A DNA stretch of 64,000 bases from Octopus bimaculoides (taxonomy: Eukaryota). The DNA lies in the NCBI RefSeq assembly GCF_001194135.2, contig NC_068990.1:64115023-64179022 (forward strand), given 5' to 3'. Both the position numbers and the translations under genes were made by a program. The notes below the pieces were generated by a model. That model was not told the DNA's origin. It saw nothing but the letters and a program-made list of their open reading frames with translations, and searched no databases. Shown in pieces: positions 13,036 through 25,515 of the stretch (its first letter is position 1; every line of letters begins with the position of its first letter).

Positions 13036-14313
13036 TGATAATGTTTTCTTTTATGTGAATATGTGATTGTATGCATATGTTAGTGTGAATGTATATGTGT
13101 ATGTAGGCATATATGTGTGTATATGTGTGTGTGTGTATATAATGTATTAGTAATTGCAACAATAGAATATCTTGTCAGTTCTCTTCCTGATGATGTTATT
13201 ATGTGCCCATTTAAGGACTATCATTGCTAATTCTTTTCTTGCTATTAACACCAAATATTTAATAGAAATGAAATCAGGTAAGTTGTCATATTGGGTATTG
13301 AAATGTTAAACATGCCTTTTTTTAAAAGAAAAATCCAATCAGCTGAATTTTATTTTAAATGAATGCTCACTCATGTGAGATGTGGTTACAGCATTGCATG
13401 TATTTTTCTTGTTTTTATTCACATTGCTGTATTTCATGAATGCTCTCCTGTACCAGATATTTTGGATTGTTGCAAGTATCTTTCATGCTACAATGCATTA
13501 TGATTTTTTTGTTATGAATGTCAAACATATCTCTCACTTTAGTATGCAAGATTTTCTGTAAGAGGCATTGGAATACTGTTTGTGGTTTTTCACATTATGA
13601 TGCCTAATGCTGCATGTCTTTTATATATCACTGTGTGCTGTTGACAAAAAACACTGCACATAATTTTGTCACTATAGCGTATTATATTTGCAGATAAGTT
13701 TGACATGTATTATCTATTTCAAAGAGTTTAATCAGTAGTAAGTTATGTTGAATTCACACACTATTTAAAAAAAAATATTATTAGGTATGTAAAGTTCTCC
13801 ATTCAAGACAACATAATATCACAGATGTTTCACGATATACTAACAATACAACATATTTGACAACTACCTTAAACAATTTCTGTCAGCTTATCTATGTATC
13901 TATCTGTTTGTTCCTTTCATTTCAGTATGCATACTCTTACCATGTAACATGTTTTAGTTTTAATCCTAAACTACCATTTCCTACTGATGATTCATTCTTG
14001 TATACTTTTTAAACCAACTGTACAATCATACACACACGTACACACTAACACACACATATATGTACACACACACATGTGCACAGACACACATCTGTATTAA
14101 CTTTCTTAATGGTAATGCCTTTCTCTCTATATATATATGCACAAATGTAATTCTTTTCTCGAATAAATAGCATTTCATATTCAAGGCTCCAATGAAGCTA
14201 TTATTATTCAGGCACCCAACTATGAGTCCACAGCATCCTTTGGCAGAAACAGCTGTAAGCTAATGAAGCTATAACACAATCATTTATTTCATTGTCATTT
14301 CATTTTCTTATTA

Positions 14314-14348
<35 letters not shown>

Positions 14349-14749
14349 NNNNNNNNNNNNNNNNNNNNNNNNNNNNNNNNNNNNNNNNNNNNNNNNNNNN
14401 NNNNNNNNNNNNNNNNNNNNNNNNNNNNNNNNNNNNNNNNNNNNNNNNNNNNNNNNNNNNNNNNNNNNNNNNNNNNNNNNNNNAATAATAAGGCAGAATG
14501 CTAAACTGAAAGCATATTTTAATATAGATGTGTATAAGGAGGATTAAAAGGATTTCTAACCGGCTTTCATTGCATGGCAAATTTTCAAGAAGAGGGAAAA
14601 TGAAAATAATGCTTTTAACAAAAATATTTTAAAATGTATAAAAAAATAAATATACCAATACATTATATTGTCTTTGAGTTTTTAAAGTTCAATGGTAATC
14701 CATGTAGATAATTTTTAGAAAGATTAGGATGCATGTAACTAAGAATAGT

Positions 14750-15650
14750 ACTGTGTTTAAAAAACGCTGAGAGTTTGTGTTAAACAGGAAGTGTGTGTAA
14801 GGGAAGACAATTCTGTGGGTTTTATACTCTTTAGTTGAAGTTCTGGACTCTTTGTCAACAGGAAGTTTATGTCTGTTCTAAGAGAAACAAGAAGTAAATT
14901 TATATGCATTAGTGGTGTGTGTAGTTTTGCATTAGTTAAGAGTTTTTTCGAAGATTTGTGTTGCCTTTTGCATTTAAGGACTTTGTGTGTATTGATGATA
15001 TCATTCATTTTTGGGTCTGTGGTGAGTAAGGGGAGGTTTTGTTTAATTGTGGTGTATGCTTTGATGTTTTTGGGGTTGTGGGTGGAAATGTATGGAAGTA
15101 TTTTGGGGTTGAGTGTGTTACTGTGTTGGGTGGTTTTCAGTGTGTTTTTTGTCAAGTTCCTTGGCATGTTTTATTCCAAAGTCTACGAGTGTGGAGGGAT
15201 ATTGGCGTTGTAATAGTGTTTTTGAGGTCTTGTAAGCGTATTTCTCGAGTGGTTGGGTCAGAGACAATGGGGCAAATTCTTTTAGCTAAATTGAAAGGGA
15301 TATTTATCTTGGTGTGTTTTGGGTGGCATGAGCTGAATAGGAGGTATTGTTGTGAATCTGTAGGTCTGTGGTAGATGTCGGTTGTGATTTGGTTATTAGG
15401 TGTTTTTATAATTAAGAGATCAGGAAAAGGGAGATGATGTTTGCTGATTCCAATAGTGAATTGAATGCTGGGATGTATGTTGTTAAGTATGGTTTTGAAT
15501 TCTAGAAGTTTTTCATAGGATTCCTTCCATATGATGTAACAATCATCCAAGTATCTTTTCCAGTTTTCCATTAAGTAGATGTGGAAAAGGTGTCCAAATT
15601 TCTGGCGTGAGATCTCATATAGTGATAATTCAAAAATAAAATAAAAACCC
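14750..15650 (-). mobile_element. Penelope-like element RT/thumb fragment
   Basis: WKRYLDDCYIIW...LNNIHPSIQFT...LPFPDLLI...TDIYHRPTDSQQYLLFSSCHPKHTKINIPFNLAKRIC is the classic PLE RT core/thumb signature. Confidence 0.92.
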
Positions 15651-16399
15651 TAAATTCCTTATATTCCCTTTCTATCAATGTAAAGGCAGAATCTCTACAC
15701 AAGAAAGAATCAACAAGGAGAATCTTTTTATAGAGAAATTCCAAACGCTTCTTAACATACAAACNNNNNNNNNNNNNNNNNNNNNNNNNNNNNNNNNNNN
15801 NNNNNNNNNNNNNNNNNNNNNNNNNNNNNNNNNNNNNNNNNNNNNNNNNNNNNNNNNNNNNNNNNNNNNNNNNNNNNNNNNNNNNNNNNNNNNNNNNNNN
15901 NNNNNNNNNNNNNNNNNNNNNNNNNNNNNNNNNNNNNNNNNNNNNNNNNNNNNNNNNNNNNNNNNNNNNNNNNNNNNNNNNNNNNNNNNNNNNNNNNNNN
16001 NNNNNNNNNNNNNNNNNNNNNNNNNNNNNNNNNNNNNNNNNNNNNNNNNNNNNNNNNNNNNNNNNNNNNNNNNNNNNNNNNNNNNNNNNNNNNNNNNNNN
16101 NNNNNNNNNNNNNNNNNNNNNNNNNNNNNNNNNNNNNNNNNNNNNNNNNNNNNNNNNNNNNNNNNNNNNNNNNNNNNNCACATATTTGAAGAAAAGCAAC
16201 AAAAATTCAATAGGTTATAGCAGTACGTACGTTTCGTACACCTTCATTTATTCATGTAGTGAGAACACTACATAAAATGTAGCAATGAAAATGTACTCCT
16301 CAGTTGCATAATGGAATTTTATTTTAGAAAGTCATTTTGTAGATGTGTGCAAAAAACAAGAGTAAAAGAAGATAAAATACCATCTTGACTGGGCTGCTA

Positions 16400-17345
16400 T
16401 TCAACAGTCTAGTGAATCAAACAAGAATTAAATTTCTATATAATCTAATTGAAGGGGTAGTGGTAATTTCAATTTAGAGGAAGGTAGATTAAGTAGTGAT
16501 GGACAGCAGGGTAGGGTTAAATCAAGCATGAGGAATAAAAAAAAGAAAAAAATGAAAATGGAAGGACAATACCCTAAGGAGTGGTTAGAGAAAATTTAAG
16601 GTAAGGGAATTTAGGTCAAGGTATTAAAGAATTATATCTATTCTACAGTATATTTAGAATAGTACAACAAAACACTAAAGTTAAAGTACTAAATTTAAAA
16701 CCATGGGGAACATTAATAATTAAATTAGAACAAGACAAACATTTATAGTTAAAATAAAATATACATTAATGTGGGGTAGTAGAAGAGAGATATTATTTAT
16801 AAGAAAACCATAATATTAATGGCCAAAACCAGAACAAAGAGAAAGGTGGGGAAGAAGAAGGAGGAATAAAGTTAAAAACAGGACTAAATTAAGAGAATTA
16901 AAGCTAAGGTTTTCGAAAAAGAAATATGGCAGAAGAGACTCAGAATTACCTAGAGAAATGTAGGAATATTATCAGTGGGTTGGGAAAGGTTAAAATGTAT
17001 TCTAAATTTATATTTAAAAGTTCTAACTCAAATAAAGTAATTAATAGTCAGAGAAATGAGAGGAATTAAAATAATAAATTATTAGCAAGATCTACTTTTT
17101 AAAATATTTAAAGGTGCGAGAGTAACAATATACACATAGAACCCTAAGATCAGATCTATTGTTAATTAGATTAGGATTATCCTTAAGTTTAAAAATTTCA
17201 TAAATTTCCATAGAGCACAGTCATATCTACTATTTCTATAAGGTTGTGCTCTCCTGACGATTTCCCATTTAAGATTAAAATCGATACCATTTTCCTTCAA
17301 TTCCCAAATTTTATTAGATAATGATGTGCTATTGGCTTTATGTTT
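16400..17345 (-). mobile_element. Penelope-like element 3' part (GIY-YIG C-terminus + AT-rich 3' region)
   Basis: Manual translation of 17340-17190: KANSTSLSNKIWELKENGIDFNLKWEIVRRAQPY, typical of the PLE GIY-YIG tail. The extent toward 16400 is uncertain. Confidence 0.65.
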
Positions 17346-17412
17346 AAGTCTAAATGAGGAAAAAATTTTATCATGTAGGTTTCAGCTCTTTTTGCTTATC
17401 ACATTATGTTTA

Positions 17413-17629
17413 CAAGGAGGTGCTGAAAGGTTCCTGGCTTTGGGTAAGAGAAAATACAGGAGAATCAGTTAATTATGATTTTATTCAACATACTCCCCTC
17501 TCAGATTCACATACTTATTGCAGTGGTCCTTCAGTTTTTCTAAATCCTGTAAAAGAACTTAGAAGGGTGGGCCTCCAGCCAGGCCTTTCATGATACCCTT
17601 AAAGCCAGGAACTTTTCAGCATCTGCTCA
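17413..17629. mobile_element. Tc1/mariner-type MITE (217 bp)
   Basis: TIRs ...gctgaaaggttcctggcttt / aaagccaggaacttttcagc..., flanked by TA at 17411-12 and 17630-31. Confidence 0.8.
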
Positions 17630-17739
17630 TACACAGAGTCCTGTGCAGTCTGAAGAGAGCTGCAGCATAATATAAAGAATGTAAAGACCACATCATGACC
17701 GTGCATGAACTTGTATTCTTCTATTTCATCTGTTAAAGC

Positions 17740-17850
17740 CTGGTACTTATTATATCAACTCTTTTGCTGAACCACCAAGTTATGAGGACATAAACACACC
17801 AGCATCAGTTTTCAAGTAGTGGTGGGGAGACAGCACAGACGCAATGACAT

Positions 17851-17901
<51 letters not shown>

Positions 17902-18030
17902 ACAGGCTTCTTTTAGTTTCTGTCGAGCAAATTCATTCACAAAGTTTTGGTCAGTTTGAGGCTATAGCAGAAGACACTTGCCCAAGGTGCCATGCAGTGG
18001 GCCTAAACCCAGAACCATGTGGTTGGGAAA
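17740..18030 (-). mobile_element. tRNA-SINE family D (internal (TA)n)
   Basis: Reverse complement of ...ccaaccacatggttctgggtt...ggcaccttgggcaagtgtcttctgctatagcctc... family with central microsatellite. Confidence 0.8.
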
Positions 18031-18598
18031 CAATGTACTTATTTGTGGGTAACAAGGCAACTAATGCTTTCATGTGAAGAGATCTTCACAATTGTTCAAG
18101 TAGGCCATATGGAAGTGGTGTTGGTACTTATCTCTGTTTTGGATGAAAATAGACTAAGTTACACAAGAGTGAACAGAATTTCGAAATAAATGTGAAGATC
18201 ATGGGAGGTAACTTTTAAGAATATCTTAAATTGATTCTCTCATCGATCCCAATGTATGAAGGTCCAACAGCTTAGCTGTTAAATTACCCACACAGAGGAT
18301 TTGTTTTAAGAGGTGAGGCATGTGTATGACCAACCACAATTTTGAGCAATGCTGATAGCAGAAAGTTGGTGCAAATGTTTGGCACAAACTTCCAGAACAA
18401 CACTCCTCAGGATTTTCTATTTGAGTTCTCCATTTCTTGGGTTAGTTGTCTTCACCAGGAATTACAACCTAACTTGCCCTGTTAAGCTAAATCCACAAAC
18501 AAGTACCAAACGACAAATTTCTAAGTCCTTGTGCATATATATATATATATATATGTAGAGAATATATTCAGAAAGATCAATGGCCATCTAATTACATG

Positions 18599-18637
<39 letters not shown>

Positions 18638-18879
18638 GTAATTAGATGGCCATTGATCTTTCTGAAAATATTCTCCCTACAAGGTGTCCAGATATCACCA
18701 TATTCACCAACCAGGCTTGCTGATGTTGCTGGTTTTGTCACTGATGGCCCAACCAGCAGCGCACAAGAGCAACCTGACATACATGTATGTATATATCTAT
18801 GTATCTGTCTATTTATCTATCTTTCTGTACACCCCCCCCCACACACACACACACGCGCGCGCACATGCACGCACGCACA

Positions 18880-19407
18880 TGAGGCTTGACTGAAAAGTTC
18901 ATAGGCTGACCAAGATACTCTCATGAAATATGACCAAACAAGGTTTATTTCTCTTTGCAGTCCACACACTTTTTCTGTCAGTGTTTCAGTGCTTGGATCC
19001 CATTGATGAAAAAGCTTTCATTTTGTTAGTCAAAAAAGTCACCAACAGCAGATATGATATTATCATCACTGCAATACTGGTTGCTAGCCAAGTGTTTTAC
19101 CCTGATAAATTCAACTGAACATGCTTGCACCACCATTGATAAAGCTCTAGTGTAATCCCCTAATGAAGCAGTCATGTCAGCATGAATGCCCTTGGTGGCT
19201 AAACCTGTTTTCTACAGGTACTTGATAACATTACAAAGCCAATTTTGTTGATTTTCAAGAGAAATCGCTACTAGTTACTTTTGAAGTGTTCTTTGAACAG
19301 TCAGATGTCAATTTACCTGGAAAGAAACAATGCAGTTATTAGTAAGATTTCACAGCTCTAACATCACTCCTTTATATTCAGCCTACGAACTTTTCAGCCC
19401 ACCCTTG
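18880..19407. mobile_element. Tc1/mariner-type MITE (about 528 bp)
   Basis: About 30-bp TIRs: gaggcttgactgaaaagttcataggctga and tcagcctacgaacttttcagcccaccct. A lone right TIR recurs at about 24884-24911. Confidence 0.8.
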
Positions 19408-19592
19408 TGTGTGTGTGTGTGTACGTACATACATTTATATAAATATATATATATCATGAGAGAGAGAGAGTGAGATATACATACATTAATAATATTGTAA
19501 CAATTTAGACATTGGTTATATTTTTATATCTTTCTATGGTTTTGTTGATATATATATTTTTGTGAATAAACATTAGAGCTATTTAGTCCTGA

Positions 19593-19908
19593 AGACACAT
19601 GGCTTAATGGTTAGGAGATTTGGCTCACAATCACAAAATTGTATGTTCAATTCCTGGCATCACTTTGTGTCTGTGAGCAAGTCTTTATTTCACATTGCTT
19701 CAGTCCACCCAGCTGGCAAAAAAAGCATTGTACCTGTATTTCAAAGGGCCATCCTTCTCACATTCTGTGTTTCATAGGATGAACCTCTCTGAAAACCACA
19801 TTAAGGGTATGCTTGTCTCAGCCACTTGCCCGTTAATTTCACAAGCAGGCTGTTCTGTTGATCGGATCAACTGGAACACTTGTCATCATAACTGATGAAG
19901 TGCCAGTT
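19593..19908 (+). mobile_element. tRNA-SINE family B
   Basis: catggcttaatggttag A-box, gttcaattcc B-box, gagcaag...tttatttcacattgct...caaagggcca...gatcaactggaac tail. Sister copies at 24722-24885 (-) and 50655-50982 (+). Confidence 0.8.
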
Positions 19909-20029
19909 AATTATATACTCTCGATTCAGCTTATAAATTTTCCATTCTAGTCAAGTATGTCCATGTCTCATATTCTACTCATAGGACAAACATACATAAT
20001 TGTACCAAATTTAATATTGACTTAAATGA

Positions 20030-20250
20030 AAGAGGCAAGCTAGCAGAATCATTAGCATGCCGAGCAAAATGTTTTGCAGTATTTTGTTCATACCTATGTT
20101 GAGTTCAAGTTCCACCAAGGTCGGCTTTGCCTTTCATCCTTTCAGGGTCCATAAAATAAGTACCAATTGAACACTGGGGTGTGTGTAATCAACTTAATTC
20201 CTTCCTTGTAACTGTAGGCCTTGTGCAAAAATTATTTGAAACTAATATTA
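20030..20250 (+). mobile_element. SINE family A
   Basis: Family A head, central block and tail. Confidence 0.8.
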
Positions 20251-21129
20251 ACCTAACTGCATATTTAGTACTTCAAGAACTACAATTTGAACTTCCAAGT
20301 GAAATTGTCTACACAATGAAGAAACATTCCCACATATTAAAGCCAGCTATTTTAGTCAACTTACAATTTAATCCTAATCTGTTTAAGGTGCATCAGTGTA
20401 CTGGGCTGACATACAATCAATGTTCTTTGTATTTACCTGTATAAATGTGTAACATTAAAATACAAATAGTAATAAAGCACTGTGGTTAGGAGAAGCAAAT
20501 GTACTGGTTGACTGAGCATATGGTAAAGCATTCAAACATTCCTATTTTCCATGGCTCAGTTCACCTGATTGATAACAGATTATGTTCCTATTTCACAGTT
20601 TGGTGGTGGGTTGTAGGAAATGTGATGTATAGAGTTGTAAATATAAAGGCGTGAGCAAAAATCATCACCCTCCCATTGTAGGATTGCAAAAACTGGATGT
20701 AAAACATAATGAATTTGTCTTAATACATGAGTGAAATCTGGTAAAGGTTGAATAAAACTGAATAAATCGGTAATGTTTATATCTCATAATTAATAGCTTA
20801 AACATAGTTTGTGTGTCCCATTAGATATTCATCTGAATTCAATGCCTTTTATCTTTGTTCATATACTCTGATAAACATAAATAATTCATCAGGCTGTGGT
20901 TGAATGTATGCACATGCATACATGTGCATGATGCATGCATATATGAACATGAATACTTCTTTTATAGATGTAACACATACATTCGTTTTGTTGTCTTTTT
21001 TTCGGAAATTTTAAGCTTAAATATTTTATCACATACTTTTTTCTTTTATTCTTTTAATGGTCACAGTTTTAGGGCTGCAGCCATGTGGAAGCACCACCTT
21101 AATTTATTTTCTATCAGTTTTCTTGTCAC

Positions 21130-21712
21130 TTAATGGCTGGAAGTTGAGCTATGATTGAGTTTGTAGCAGCTGATCTTGCTCAAGCGTATCCCTGAATGAT
21201 TGGCTTGTCCAGTATCACCGTTAGGAGTTTATCCAATATGTTTTTTAATGCTTCAGTAGAGGTCCCTTTTATATTTTTGATTTCTTTAGGTAGGTAGGTG
21301 AACAATTGAGGACCTCTAAATATCAGACTGGTACAATAGAAATATTTTTGCTCGTGATTTTGAAGCTAGTATATTTGGAAGCTGGCATTGTCTACCAATT
21401 CGTGCATTAAAATTCTCTCTAATGCCAAAGTTTGGAACATGCCCATGCTAAAAGCTGGATTTGTAAACTATCATTGAGTGAATTTGTACTTTTTAGAAAT
21501 CATTAAATGTTAAAATATATGAAATGTTATCTTCATTAATGATATTTACAATATGACTCAGTTTTGTAATGCATACTTTATACTTGACACAAAAGTAGAA
21601 CAACTTGTGAGTAATTTCAAAAATACATTAAATAAGTTCTGTTGAGATTTAACAAAAACAACAGAAGGAATATCGTAGGATATTAGAAGCCTTTGCACAC
21701 CAAAAAATAAAA

Positions 21713-21747
<35 letters not shown>

Positions 21748-21760
21748 TTCCTTGGCCATT
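21130..21760 (-). mobile_element. CR1/L2-group LINE 3' fragment
   Basis: Manual translation: FRGPQLFTYLPKEIKNIKGTSTEALKNILDKLLTVILDKP (GPxLFxxLP...LDxxL..PDxP C-terminal LINE motif). 5' side abuts (AAT)n. Confidence 0.6.
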
Positions 21761-22019
21761 TTTTCAATCAAACAATATATCATGAATCAAAAGACATTCC
21801 TAGGGATTTAATGTCAGATTTAGCATTAAAGTTAGAATATACTCTCTCTTAGACCTGGAAGATTGTGTGGTTAGTGACCTTGAGTAGAATTTTTCTTATA
21901 AAGCAAACTGTGGCAAATTTTATTATAAATTATTTTGGACTCCGTCAACATTCAACAACAGACATACTTTTGTGAGGAATCTATGTCAAAGTCTGAAATG
22001 TTGAAGATCATTATCATCA

Positions 22020-22150
22020 TCATTTAATGCTCATTGTCCATGCTGGCATGGGTTGGACAGTTTGGCTAGAGCTAGCAAGCAGGACCAGGTTCCAGTCTGT
22101 TTTGGTTTGGTTTCTATGGCTGGATGCCCTTCCTGACACCAACCACTTTA
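22020..22150 (-). mobile_element. Short RTE-tail element
   Basis: catcatcatttaatg...catgctggcatgggttggac...cagtctg...ggatgcccttcctgacaccaaccac. Confidence 0.75.
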
Positions 22151-24307
22151 CAGAGTAATTTCTAGATGGCAAGTAATCATGGTCATCGTTTTTAAGGTAT
22201 GCCTTGCTTTCACTCACTGAACTTTGAACTACATTTGTGGATTCCAATGTAGGCTGATGATGGGCTCCGAGAACCTGAAATACAGGTCATAACAAAAATC
22301 AGTGCTGGCTATAATTTCTATAGAGTATCTGTAGAGATAACCTTAACAAGTGATGTAAAGTGTACTGCTAATGCAGTAGAACATAGTATTGACTTTTGAA
22401 AACATTTGATATACTTCATATTATATTATGGTCGCATAACGAAATACTGCATACCTACAAGTTATTAATACTTTCAATGTTGACTTAACAACAAAGTTGG
22501 AAGAACATTCACTTACATATTTGATAAACTCAAAAACTGTTGTCTCTTCAGTGCAATAAGTGTGTGTATACTGGTATACATGGGAGTATGTGTACATTGG
22601 TGTAAACGTGAAGCAAGTAAAAGCTTTACAAAGCTGCTATCATATGTATATAGATTTTGTGTTATGCTTAGAAATGAATTTTCTGTTCCAGGTCCAGTAG
22701 AACAAACCCTTCCAAATCCTTGTTAGAATATCCGTGTAAGCGAAGTAAGGAATGGTTAGTTGGTAATGGCTTAGAATCATATGAAATACTATAATAAAGT
22801 CAAATCAAATATTGATATTTTGCATCCAAAATATCAATATTTGGTCTGACTTTATTATTACATTTATATAGTCATACAGACACACATGTACACACAAATA
22901 TGAAGTGCTCATGTTGTTAAGAAGTACTACGCATCTATTTTTAGAGGTTTAAGTTGTAAGTAAAATTTCCAAAACTACTTCACCTGGCAGGTCTGCTAGC
23001 GTTCTATGGCTTGCTTGAAATTAACGATACATGCTGTAAAATGTAATTAACCAGACATTTAATGGGAAGCAAGGAGATTGAAGAAATGGTTCATCACAAC
23101 CATCTATAATTCATGTTATCGTCTACCAGTGGGCTTAATGTCTACCACTGCCATCACAAATGGTATTGTCCAGTGCAGGAAACTAATTCATTGTTCTTAT
23201 AAAAGCTGGTTAGTCAATTTATTCTTGCAGTTGATTGCAATAAAAGAGGTGGTGGAGGAAGTGGGATAGAAAAGGTTGAAAGAATTGAAATTATGACTTT
23301 TCTTCTCTAAAGTAATTCAGAATCAGAGAATTAGTGCCAATAATGAGATGTCTTTAATTAGATTTTTATGGTAACTTATTGAGAGAATCATTCTAAATGT
23401 GAGACAATGGTTCTTTTGTCCACAGTTTTGCCAATTAGTTAGATAGGAAGAGGAACCTTCTGTCCAGAGTTGAAAGCTGTTCAGGTTTCTGACCAATTTA
23501 GATGTACTTTTTGAGGGGACACTATGTTTGTTTTCTTTATTTACTTAATATCTTTACATAAGAAACCCATACACACATGGCAAGTCTTATTTTGTTTACT
23601 TGACACTCCAGTTAAAATTTCACAACTATATATCAAACCATTTAGTTTCTTTATTTCCTTTGTAGTAAATAAAGAAAAAAAAGCCATCGTCATCATTGTC
23701 ATCTTCATCATTGCCTTCATCTTTATTGTTGTTGTTGTCATCATTGTCGTCTTCATCATCATCATTGTCCTCATCATTGTTACCATTATCACCCCCCCTC
23801 CCCATCATCCTCATTATCATGACCATCTTCTTCGTCTTAGGCTTTCATAAGATGAAGACATCTTTTTGATTCTCCCTGTACAACATATTTTATTCAAGCA
23901 TTAACAAATGAAATTTTCTTTGGAAATTTTGTAAAAAAAAGTTATAATCTCCTAAGGAGGGACTGCTTCTGATGCCTGAGATAGACAAAAGCAAGAAAGC
24001 AAAAAAAAGGATTCACAATCATCTAAAAATTTATTTACACATGTTACATTTTCACATCCAAAACATCTGTCATACATAAAGATGTCATGATATAACATTG
24101 CATTGGCTAAAAAAAACAACACAAAAACCAAAACCGACAACTAAATGTACAAGAGGAAGAAGAAAATGAACAGTTTAGAGAACAATAAATCGAAGAAAAT
24201 GTCCGAAAGGGACATTTTCTTGAAGGGTAATTTGGGGTGGTGAGAATAACTAAGATTGGGTGAATGGGATAGACTTGACTGTAGCAAACGATGGAGAGAA
24301 ATATAGA

Positions 24308-24345
<38 letters not shown>

Positions 24346-24909
24346 ATGTGTGTGTGTGTGTGTGTGTGTTTTTGTCTATACATATATACACACATACATA
24401 CATAGCCCAAAGAGGCAAGCCCCGTTCTATGCTCAGGTCAAGGCATAGAATGCAACCCCCAATATCAGCAGTGGGGCCTGACAGCATATATATATATATA
24501 GGCACTGGCATGGACGTGTGATAAGAAGTTTGTTTCCCAACCATATTCAATCCCATTGCATGGTATCTTGGATGAGTGTCTTTTACTATAACCTCAAGCT
24601 AACTTTGGTCAGCTTGAGGCTATAGTATAAGACACTTATATGATTATCCTATGAGTAAAATGTGAGACATGGACATACTTGACTAGAATGGAAAATTTAT
24701 TAGCTGAATCAAGAGTATATAATTAACTGGCACTCCGTCAGTTATGATGACAAGTGTTCCAGTTGATCCGATCAACAGAACAGCCTGCTTGTGAAATTAA
24801 CAGGTAAGTGGCTGAGACAAGCATACCCTTAATGTAGTTTTCAGAGAGATTCATTCTATGGGACACAGAATGTGACAAGGATGGCCTATGAACTTTTCAG
24901 CCCACCCTT

Positions 24910-25160
24910 GTGAGTGTGTGTGTGTGTGTGTGTATCTGTGTGTGTGTTTGTGTGTGTGTGTGTTTGTGTCTGTGTTGGTACCCCACTATCCTTTGACAAC
25001 CGGTGTTGGTTTGTTTACATCCCTATAATTTAATGATTTGGCAAAAGAAATCAAGAGAATAAGTATTAGGCTTAAAAACAAGTTACTGGGTAGATTTGGA
25101 ACTTTTTTAAGGCAGTGCCCCAGGATGACTGAAACAAGTAAAAGATAATAAAAGATAAAA
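24910..25160 (+). mobile_element. SINE family D 3' half
   Basis: (GT)n then ttgacaaccggtgttgg...gcaaaag...aataagta...gactgaaacaagtaaaaga. Confidence 0.75.
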
Positions 25161-25204
25161 GATGTGTGAGAGTCTTTGTGTATATATATATATATATATA
25201 TATA

Positions 25205-25515
25205 TGTTTAGTAGAAAGTGGGTTATACATCTTTAGATTGTATACCTGACTTTCTACTAAAAAATTAATGAAATAGACGGAACACTGAACTCCAGACTAA
25301 ACAACGTAAACATTTATTTACTTGGTAAAACATACATATCTTTAGTTATACATCTTTAGAGGTGAGAATAACGAGCTGTCGAGTATAAGACCGAAAGATG
25401 TAGGGACAGCTTTTAAACACACGTCCATGCTCAATCGCTGGCCAGCGTGAAAGAGAATGAATTGAGCGGGAAACGCTTGCTTGTTTTATTCTACGCATGC
25501 GCAGGCGTTACTACA
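25205..25515 (-). mobile_element. Solo LTR (Gypsy-like), family shared with 59414-59792
   Basis: TG...CA termini, AATAAA on minus strand, CpG-rich, inserted in a TA-rich tract. Homologous blocks are shared with the 59.4-kb copy. Confidence 0.7.

Noticed and set aside
16224-16235. GAAACGTACGTA (palindromic hammerhead stem III) on the minus strand
   Set aside because: No upstream CTGANGA or stem II in register.
22250-22290. Hammerhead candidate CTGATGA-TGGG...CCT-GAAA...GTC
   Set aside because: Core boxes and a plausible decayed stem II are present, but no stem I pairing can be formed.
23680-23830. Acidic/low-complexity ORFs (also 49070-49255, 62893-63162)
   Set aside because: Mixed ATC/GTT/GGT trinucleotide repeats without coding support.
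24143-24290. Similarity to 8455-8520 suggesting a duplicated exon
   Set aside because: Both lie in degenerate retroelement-like context with stops. Best explained as fragments of the same TE N-terminus.
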